From Nitrospirota bacterium (lineage in GTDB: Bacteria; Nitrospirota; JACRHJ01), in assembly GCA_036504315.1 (NCBI GenBank), contig DASXVI010000122.1, positions 1 to 31,092 on the forward strand: DNA of 31,092 nucleotides, written 5' to 3'. The translations under genes were made by a program, and so were the position numbers. Each line of letters begins with the position of its first letter. The stretch's first letter is position 1. Of this stretch, positions 25,556 to 31,092 are shown piece by piece. The notes under the pieces were generated by a model. The model did no database searches, was not told the DNA's origin, and was given only the letters and a program-made list of their open reading frames with translations.

Positions 25556-27547
25556 ATGAAAAAAACGCTTCTGACGCTGGTGGGAACCCTGACGTTCCTG
25601 GCGGCGGCCTATGGCCTCGCCGGTGCGACAGCCTCTAACAACCCACCGCATACGGACTATCGGCCGGGCTATGGCACCAGCTGCGCCGCCGGCAACGCGG
25701 CATGTCATACCGTGAGCCAGGGAACCTTCCTGCCGGAGACTCTGACAACCAGCGACTCGGCAAACTGGGCCAATTTCTGCGCTTCGTGCCATAACTCGGG
25801 CGGCGAGGCACACGACAAGTCGGTCGGCTCGGCATCGACAGTCCAATATAATAATGTAACAGGTGGTCTGGTCTCGGGCAGCTACTCGGGCAACTCGCAC
25901 AGCTGGAACGGCAGCATTAAAGCCGGGGGCACGAGGGTTCCGACCGCAGCGGGCTACAATGGAGTGTTTTATATGCCCGGCAATAAAGTCGTCTGTACCA
26001 CTTGTCACAAGGGCGTGCAGAAGATTGTCGGCATACAGAATATAGACTGGATACAGGCCACGGATTCCGGCGACCATATAAATTACACCATACTCGGTTA
26101 CTCGACAACGGACCAGCACCTGTCCCAGTATGTAAAGGTGTACAGGGCCGCCGCTACGACCGCCCGCCCGACGAACAGCCGCACCAAAAAGGACTACCTT
26201 GTCAGCCCGGCCGAATATTCCTACGATTACACGACGGCCAAGGTGACCTTCACGGCAGCGCAGTCCGCAGCCAGCGTCATTTATGTGGATATCCCGCAGC
26301 CGTATTACAGGGTTGACAACAAGGCCAACGCGGCCTGCTTCGACTGCCATCTCGACCGTGTCGATACCGCGGCTTCGCATGCCCCCGGCACCGGCGTAAA
26401 GGACGGCCACCCGGTCAACCTGACCTACGGCAAGAATTTCGGCCTGAACAATACCTTGAAGCCGTCCGCATCTTCGGCGGTCTATCTCGAAGGCGGAAAG
26501 GTCATCTGCACCTCCTGCCATGATGTCCATAACTCGGCATCCAAAGAAGGCAACGCGCTCCGCGAGGCCGACGGCTCGACCCTCTGCACCGACTGCCACA
26601 AGACCAGGTTCGACGGGTATTCCAGTTCCGATTCCGTGAACAACCATTTTGGCGCAAAGCATGCCACGGCGACCGTCTGCCTGGAGTGCCATACGACCCA
26701 CGGCAGCAACAATATAATGCTGATCAGGAATACAATTAACGGCAAAACCATAAACTTCCAGAATTTCAGCGGCGCGAACAGCTTCAGCAACGGCTCCGGC
26801 AACGGGGTCTGCGCAGCCTGCCACATGGCCACCAACTACCACAAGGCCGACGGCACTGGCGCCTCGCATAATGCAAACCTCAACTGCACACAGTGCCACA
26901 GCCACGCAAGCGGCTTCAAGCCGAACGGCGACTGCACGAGTTGCCACGACTTGACCAGCGATAAAATCCCGTCCGGCTGGGTTGACGCCGGCGACCACAA
27001 GTCGCACCTGGCACGCGGCGCGGCCTGCACCGACTGCCACCCGGCGGTTTCCGGCGCGCATCCGGAAGGCCTTGCCTCCGCGAAGATTATCCTCTCCGGC
27101 TGGAGCGACGGCGGCACGACCGGCAAGATTAGCACAAACGACGACACCTGCACCAACATCGGATGCCATTCCGGCACAAGGACCTGGAAGACCGCGTCCG
27201 GCTGCGACGGCTGCCACTCGTATCCGGGCTCGGCGACTAACCCCTGGACTGCCGGCAACGGCCACCTGGTCACCGACGATGTGTTCGCGGCCCATATGAT
27301 GGGGACCGGCTATAACGCGGCGACCGACACCTATGCGGCCATGGTTGCCGACCCGACCAGGTGCGGCAAGTGCCACCCGAACGTCCCGTCCAACCACCAG
27401 AACGGCACGGTCAACGTTGCTGGCAACGGGCTTTCGGCCTGCGGCGGCGGCAACTTCACGATTTCGGTAACGGCATCCGGCTCCAATGTCACCTGCAACA
27501 ATGTCAGGTGTCACGGAGCAGGGAAGACAACTCCGAACTGGTATTAA
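25556..27547 (+). CDS. secreted multiheme c-type cytochrome (about 12 CXXCH plus variant CX4CH/CX6CH motifs)
   Basis: The start is ATG 25556, 5 nt after GGTG/AGGAG-like RBS elements. The track ORF begins upstream at 25490. The signal peptide is MKKTLLTLVGTLTFLAAAYGLAGA. Haem-binding motifs are CASCH, CTTCH, CFDCH, CTSCH, CTDCH, CLECH, CAACH, CTQCH, CTSCH, CTDCH, CDGCH and CGKCH. Variant motifs are CTNIGCH, CNNVRCH and CAAGNAACH. The paired CX4CH..CXXCH module CTNIGCHSGTRTWKTASGCDGCH is of the type described for Geobacter cytochromes. The composition is Thr/Ser/Asn/Gly-rich. The C-terminus is ...CNNVRCHGAGKTTPNWY. Confidence 0.8.
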   Translation: MKKTLLTLVGTLTFLAAAYGLAGATASNNPPHTDYRPGYGTSCAAGNAACHTVSQGTFLPETLTTSDSANWANFCASCHNSGGEAHDKSVGSASTVQYNNVTGGLVSGSYSGNSHSWNGSIKAGGTRVPTAAGYNGVFYMPGNKVVCTTCHKGVQKIVGIQNIDWIQATDSGDHINYTILGYSTTDQHLSQYVKVYRAAATTARPTNSRTKKDYLVSPAEYSYDYTTAKVTFTAAQSAASVIYVDIPQPYYRVDNKANAACFDCHLDRVDTAASHAPGTGVKDGHPVNLTYGKNFGLNNTLKPSASSAVYLEGGKVICTSCHDVHNSASKEGNALREADGSTLCTDCHKTRFDGYSSSDSVNNHFGAKHATATVCLECHTTHGSNNIMLIRNTINGKTINFQNFSGANSFSNGSGNGVCAACHMATNYHKADGTGASHNANLNCTQCHSHASGFKPNGDCTSCHDLTSDKIPSGWVDAGDHKSHLARGAACTDCHPAVSGAHPEGLASAKIILSGWSDGGTTGKISTNDDTCTNIGCHSGTRTWKTASGCDGCHSYPGSATNPWTAGNGHLVTDDVFAAHMMGTGYNAATDTYAAMVADPTRCGKCHPNVPSNHQNGTVNVAGNGLSACGGGNFTISVTASGSNVTCNNVRCHGAGKTTPNWY

Positions 27548-27640
27548 GGCAAGGTTATTAACTTTAGATGTACCGTAGAAGGACTTCTTAAGGAGTTTGG
27601 GAAGTAAGTTTTAATCGGGTACTTTATCAGGAGGGATGAA

Positions 27641-29134
27641 ATGGGGAAATGTAAGACTTTGTTAATGGCGGTAATGGCCTTCGCGCTGACCCTGGGTCTC
27701 GCGTCGATGGCATCTGCCGCGACGATCACCTGCGGCGGTTGCCACGGTACTGCCCCGAACGGCAATCCGGTCAATGGCGACAACTGCACTAACACGGCGC
27801 GCGGCCTGCACGGCATGCATGTCAACTACTCTTCGCTCACTTACAAGAAGACGGTCGCCAGCAACGGCAAGTGCGCATATTGCCACGCCGCGGTTTCGGA
27901 CGCCAAGGGTATCGCGTCCAGGACCCACAACAACAACTTCATTAACGTAACCGGCAACACGAACGCCGTTGGCGCTCTGAATACGCTGACGATGTCGTAC
28001 AACTCGGCCTCGAAGACCTGCACCAACGTCTGCCACAAGAACAAGGACAACGGCTCGGCAAAGTGGGGCAACTACACCGCCACCACGGTCGGCAACATCA
28101 AGCTCTCCTGCCGTTCCTGCCACGACGATATCGTCGACAAGGCTGGCCTTTCCGGCAAGCACAGCACGCACCTGCTCGCCAACACCACGACGGCCGCAGG
28201 CGTCCTGATGAGCTCCGCTAACAACGCGGGCTGCGTTGCCTGCCACCCGAATGTCGTTACCGACATATTCTCCGGCGGTAAAGCCGACGACGGCACGAAG
28301 AAGGCATACCCGCACGCCACCGACGGTACAAACGTCGTTGCCGACAATGCGGTCCTCAACGGCCAGATCACCGGCTCCACAAAGGCCGGCCTGAACACGA
28401 CCTGCACCAACACCTGCCATCCGAGGTCTGCCGCCATAACCTGGAACACGGCTTGGGCGCAGGGCGCGGGCACTGGCTGCGATATGTGCCACTACTGGGC
28501 GGCCGCCACGCTCGATACCAGCAACACCGGTACCGGCTCGCTGTCCTCCGGCCACAACTTCCACTTCAAGAGCCCGAATAACTTTGCTTGCACGAACTGC
28601 CATCCGGACCATGGCACCACCTATGATTACCATGGCGCCAAGCTCCCGGCACAGGCATACAACGTCAAAGTCGTAAGGGCCGGCATGACATATACCGCCG
28701 CCACGAAGACCTGCTCCAACACCGGCCTCGGCTGCCACGGCTCGTACACCACCGAGGCATGGAGCCTGGGCGTACCGACCGGTTGCGCGGCTTGCCATAC
28801 CTATCCGGGTGTAGCCGGCAGGGATTGGGCGACGGTAGGCAATGGCCACCTCGTCAGATATGCCGCTTCGGCTGCTACCAACACGCACCTGCGTGACAAT
28901 GCAAGCTACAACAACCTGACCGACACCTACGCATCAGTCACGGCCAGCACCTCCAAGTGCGGTCTTTGCCACCCGGCTTCAGGCGTCCATTACAATGGCA
29001 CGACCGATGTTGCAGGCAGCGGCAATGGCCAGTGCGGCGGAAACTTCACCGTTACTGTCACCACTTCCGGCTCGAACGTCACCTGCGGGTCCGTCAAGTG
29101 CCACAACGGCAAGACGACCCCGAACTGGTGGTAG
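27641..29134 (+). CDS. secreted multiheme c-type cytochrome, paralog of the neighbouring cytochromes
   Basis: An AGGAGGG RBS lies 5 nt upstream. The signal peptide is MGKCKTLLMAVMAFALTLGLASMASA. The CXXCH motifs are CGGCH, CAYCH, CRSCH, CVACH, CDMCH, CTNCH, CAACH and CGLCH. Variant motifs are CTNVCH, CTNTCH, CSNTGLGCH and CGSVKCH. It shares the block KGIAS(R/K)THNNN...TCTN(V/A)CHKNK with the third cytochrome. It shares the C-terminal CGSVKCHNGKTTPNWW with the first. Confidence 0.8.
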   Translation: MGKCKTLLMAVMAFALTLGLASMASAATITCGGCHGTAPNGNPVNGDNCTNTARGLHGMHVNYSSLTYKKTVASNGKCAYCHAAVSDAKGIASRTHNNNFINVTGNTNAVGALNTLTMSYNSASKTCTNVCHKNKDNGSAKWGNYTATTVGNIKLSCRSCHDDIVDKAGLSGKHSTHLLANTTTAAGVLMSSANNAGCVACHPNVVTDIFSGGKADDGTKKAYPHATDGTNVVADNAVLNGQITGSTKAGLNTTCTNTCHPRSAAITWNTAWAQGAGTGCDMCHYWAAATLDTSNTGTGSLSSGHNFHFKSPNNFACTNCHPDHGTTYDYHGAKLPAQAYNVKVVRAGMTYTAATKTCSNTGLGCHGSYTTEAWSLGVPTGCAACHTYPGVAGRDWATVGNGHLVRYAASAATNTHLRDNASYNNLTDTYASVTASTSKCGLCHPASGVHYNGTTDVAGSGNGQCGGNFTVTVTTSGSNVTCGSVKCHNGKTTPNWW

Positions 29135-29146
29135 TAATCTGACAGT

Positions 29147-29190
29147 CTTTCGGGTCCCGCCTTTGGGCGGGACCCGAAAGGGCTGTGTTT
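29147..29190 (+). terminator. strong GC-rich hairpin terminator after the second cytochrome gene
   Basis: The arm ctttcgggtcccgcc at 29147-29161 pairs with ggcgggacccgaaag at 29166-29180. The stem is a perfect 15 bp with a tttg loop. The sequence ggctgtgtttct follows. Confidence 0.6.
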
Positions 29191-29296
29191 CTCGCAGGAT
29201 GCGCAAACAAAATTGCGCACCTTTCCAGAAATACAGAATAAATACTCAAACATTTATTAATTTTTGAATATTACGGTTATCTACGGGAGGACGAAA

Positions 29297-30901
29297 ATGG
29301 GATACATAAAAAAGTCTGACAACGCAGGTTGGGGGATGCCTTCGGGGATAATTGCCCTCATCCTTTGGGTGGTGATGTTCGGGGCGGTAAATGGACCAGC
29401 CACGGCATATGCCGCCGTAATATCCTGCGGGCAGTGCCACAACAACCCGCCCGGCAATTATGAAGGCTGCAAGCCGATGCTGAAGAACCACTCGTCCCAC
29501 TCGACGGGCGCGGACCTCACGACCTGCGACCGTTGTCATCCTACTGTCCCGGGGCCGAAGGGTATCGCGTCCAAGACGCACAACAACAATATTACAAATA
29601 TCACCTCGGTTGCCGCTCCCGGCATGAGGTACAATACAACGACCGCGACCTGCACGAACGCCTGCCACAAGAACAAGAATTCGACTTGGGGTACCGCTAC
29701 CAACGACTGCAACATATGCCACTTCAGGAACGGCGCCCTCGGGAATGTTGCCATGTCCGGCCTGCATGTTGACGCTACCAGGTCATGGAAACACTTCAGC
29801 TCGATCGTAAGGGTGAACGGCGCCCAGATTGGTTGCAACACCTGCCACAAGAGCGCGGACACGGATATAACCACCTACAAGTCCCACATACAGACCCCCG
29901 GCTTCATTCAGAAGGGCGACATGTCGCAGGCCCATACCTATGTAGCCGTGACGACCATCGGCTATACAAAGGGCGCGACCCCGGTCCTGGGCACCTGCGC
30001 CAAGTCCTGCCATTACAACGGCAACGACCCGTTCGGCAATTACACGATCTACTTCAAGCCGGGCCAGAAGAAGCGCTTCGGCACATACCAGACTGCGGCA
30101 TGGGGCGACACCGACTTGAAGTGCAACGAATGCCACAGCACCCCGAGTCAGGAAGCCACCTTCGGCAATATAACCAGCTTCCTGAGCAAGAACGCGAACC
30201 TGCGCCACTCGAACCACATGTTCCGCTACAAACTTAACCCGTGGAACTTCCAGAGCCAGGACAGGAACATATACTGCGACGACTGCCACAGGACGCCGGA
30301 CATCAATGCGACACGCGGCTTCCAGCACCATTCTACAATCGGCGGCAGCGGCAACGGGGTAATCTCGCTTCCGGTGCAGTCTCAGAACTCGAAGGTTAAT
30401 TTGCAGTGGAGGAGCTCGACGGGACGCGACGGCATCAGCCCGGCTGTCTTCAACCAGGCAGACAACAACAGCTGCTCCAATGTCTACTGCCACACTTTCA
30501 TGGTCAGGGGCGAGTGGACTGAAGAGGCCTGCAATGCATGCCACGGCAAGAAAGACGGCGTCAATGTAGGGTCCGGCGCGCCTGGCTATGCCAACTTCAC
30601 GACTAACTACTCGACATTCGAGGACTATGCAGGCGGCGGCGGCGCGCATTACACGCACGTTACCAAGCGCGGTTATGCCTGCCGGGCCTGCCACTATGAC
30701 GGCGGCGGCGACGGCAACCCGGCCAACCATCACAATGTGAGCCCGAGGACCGTCTCCCGCGCCAATGTCAATGTTGGCGTGGAGCCGAAGTACTGGTTCA
30801 ACAACAAGACCTCTATATACAGCCTGACCACAAGAAGCTGCAGCGATGTCAGTTGCCACTACGGCGCTTCACAGAACTGGGACTGCGCACCGCTCCATTA
30901 A
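29297..30901 (+). CDS. membrane-anchored or secreted multiheme c-type cytochrome, third paralog
   Basis: The start is probably ATG 29297 with a GGGAGG RBS. The track ORF begins at 29264. An N-terminal hydrophobic segment is IIALILWVVMFGAV. The CXXCH motifs are CGQCH, CDRCH, CNICH, CNTCH, CNECH, CDDCH, CNACH and CRACH. Variant motifs are CTNACH, CAKSCH, CSNVYCH and CSDVSCH. The paired module is CSNVYCHTFMVRGEWTEEACNACH. Confidence 0.8.
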   Translation: MGYIKKSDNAGWGMPSGIIALILWVVMFGAVNGPATAYAAVISCGQCHNNPPGNYEGCKPMLKNHSSHSTGADLTTCDRCHPTVPGPKGIASKTHNNNITNITSVAAPGMRYNTTTATCTNACHKNKNSTWGTATNDCNICHFRNGALGNVAMSGLHVDATRSWKHFSSIVRVNGAQIGCNTCHKSADTDITTYKSHIQTPGFIQKGDMSQAHTYVAVTTIGYTKGATPVLGTCAKSCHYNGNDPFGNYTIYFKPGQKKRFGTYQTAAWGDTDLKCNECHSTPSQEATFGNITSFLSKNANLRHSNHMFRYKLNPWNFQSQDRNIYCDDCHRTPDINATRGFQHHSTIGGSGNGVISLPVQSQNSKVNLQWRSSTGRDGISPAVFNQADNNSCSNVYCHTFMVRGEWTEEACNACHGKKDGVNVGSGAPGYANFTTNYSTFEDYAGGGGAHYTHVTKRGYACRACHYDGGGDGNPANHHNVSPRTVSRANVNVGVEPKYWFNNKTSIYSLTTRSCSDVSCHYGASQNWDCAPLH

Positions 30902-30916
30902 TGATGACTAGCCAGA

Positions 30917-30941
30917 CCGGGAGGCGGCCAGCGCCTCCCGG
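30917..30941 (+). terminator. perfect 10-bp GC hairpin after the third cytochrome gene
   Basis: The arms are ccgggaggcg and cgcctcccgg with a gccag loop. No U-run follows. It may be a terminator or RNA-stability element. Confidence 0.35.
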
Positions 30942-31092
30942 AGCTGAGGAGATGAAACTTGCATTACCACGAAATTTCGCACATGACCATGAGAATGCCG
31001 ATAAGCCTTATGCTTATGGGTGTTATTTTGTGGATATCGAAAACAACTCAAAATTTTGAATATCTCGGGTTTATTAAAGAGGGAGGAAGAAA

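Noticed and set aside
25526-27514. 662-aa antisense ORF covering the first cytochrome gene
   Set aside because: Similar antisense ORFs lie at 27662..28888 (408 aa) and 29783..30859 (358 aa). They are Ala/Gly/Arg/Val-rich shadow frames. The sense strand carries signal peptides and dozens of CXXCH motifs. The sense genes rarely use TTA, CTA or TCA codons, so the antisense frame seldom hits a stop.
25556-30901. Apparent abundance of N-x-S/T sequons in the cytochromes as evidence for N-glycosylation by the nearby GT-C
   Set aside because: The proteins are very rich in Asn, Ser and Thr. A rough expectation from composition gives about the observed number of sequons, so there is no demonstrable enrichment. 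The GT-C lacks the WWDYG oligosaccharyltransferase motif.
30952-31059. 35-aa ORF with a GAGGAG RBS after the third cytochrome gene
   Set aside because: The sequence is MKLALPRNFAHDHENADKPYAYGCYFVDIENNSKF. It is too short and has no recognisable features. It could be the real start of a downstream gene context that is cut off by the window end.
1-31092. Mobile elements, integrases, tRNA/rRNA genes
   Set aside because: No transposase or integrase-like ORF was recognisable. There are no terminal inverted repeats flanking a cargo. There is no cloverleaf-compatible tRNA-like segment and no rRNA-like conserved stretch.

Overview
This GC-rich window is almost entirely coding, with AT-rich intergenic islands. 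No rRNA, tRNA, CRISPR array, transposase or integrase was recognisable. Two minus-strand genes sit at 2.4-5.1 kb; otherwise a co-directional plus-strand block runs from 5.3 kb to the end. Reading left to right: (1) A polyprenyl-phosphate glycosylation cluster. It holds a UbiA-family prenyltransferase with the decaprenyl-phosphate phosphoribosyltransferase (DPPRS) signature, a DUF362 protein, a GT-C (ArnT/PMT-like) membrane glycosyltransferase and a GT2 DPM1-like synthase. (2) A translationally coupled pair: an SPFH/Band-7 protein with a triple zinc ribbon and a double zinc-ribbon protein. (3) A class II (B12-dependent) ribonucleotide reductase with a C-terminal zinc ribbon, behind a sigma70-like promoter that overlaps NrdR-box-like palindromes. 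(4) Small envelope and housekeeping genes: a BamE-like lipoprotein, an orphan HicB-like protein, a 57-aa Cys protein missing from the ORF track, a membrane protein and a proline dehydrogenase. (5) Three large envelope proteins: a 1113-aa TM protein with a ~600-aa Gly/Ser/Ala-rich linker and Ig-like C-terminal domains, an ~1140-aa secreted TPR (YbgF-type repeat) protein, and a secreted HEAT-repeat protein. (6) An M29-type aminopeptidase. (7) A Cache-GAF-GAF-HisKA_3 sensor kinase with a NarL-family response regulator, then a strong rho-independent terminator. (8) A cluster of three paralogous secreted multiheme c-type cytochromes. Each carries about a dozen or more haem motifs mixing canonical CXXCH with CX3CH, CX4CH and CX6CH, plus a Geobacter-type paired CX4-6CH...CXXCH module near the C-terminus. 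The first two end in ...CH-G-K-TTPNW(Y/W). This is the most interesting candidate system here, a probable extracellular electron-transfer module controlled by the adjacent two-component system. The lineage looks bacterial and diderm: BamE-like lipoprotein, Sec signal peptides, Shine-Dalgarno sites, sigma70 and NrdR-like signals. Codon bias is unusual, however: AGG/AGA and ATA are frequent despite GC-rich genes. The many long antisense and alternate-frame ORFs in the track are judged artefacts of the GC-rich composition.
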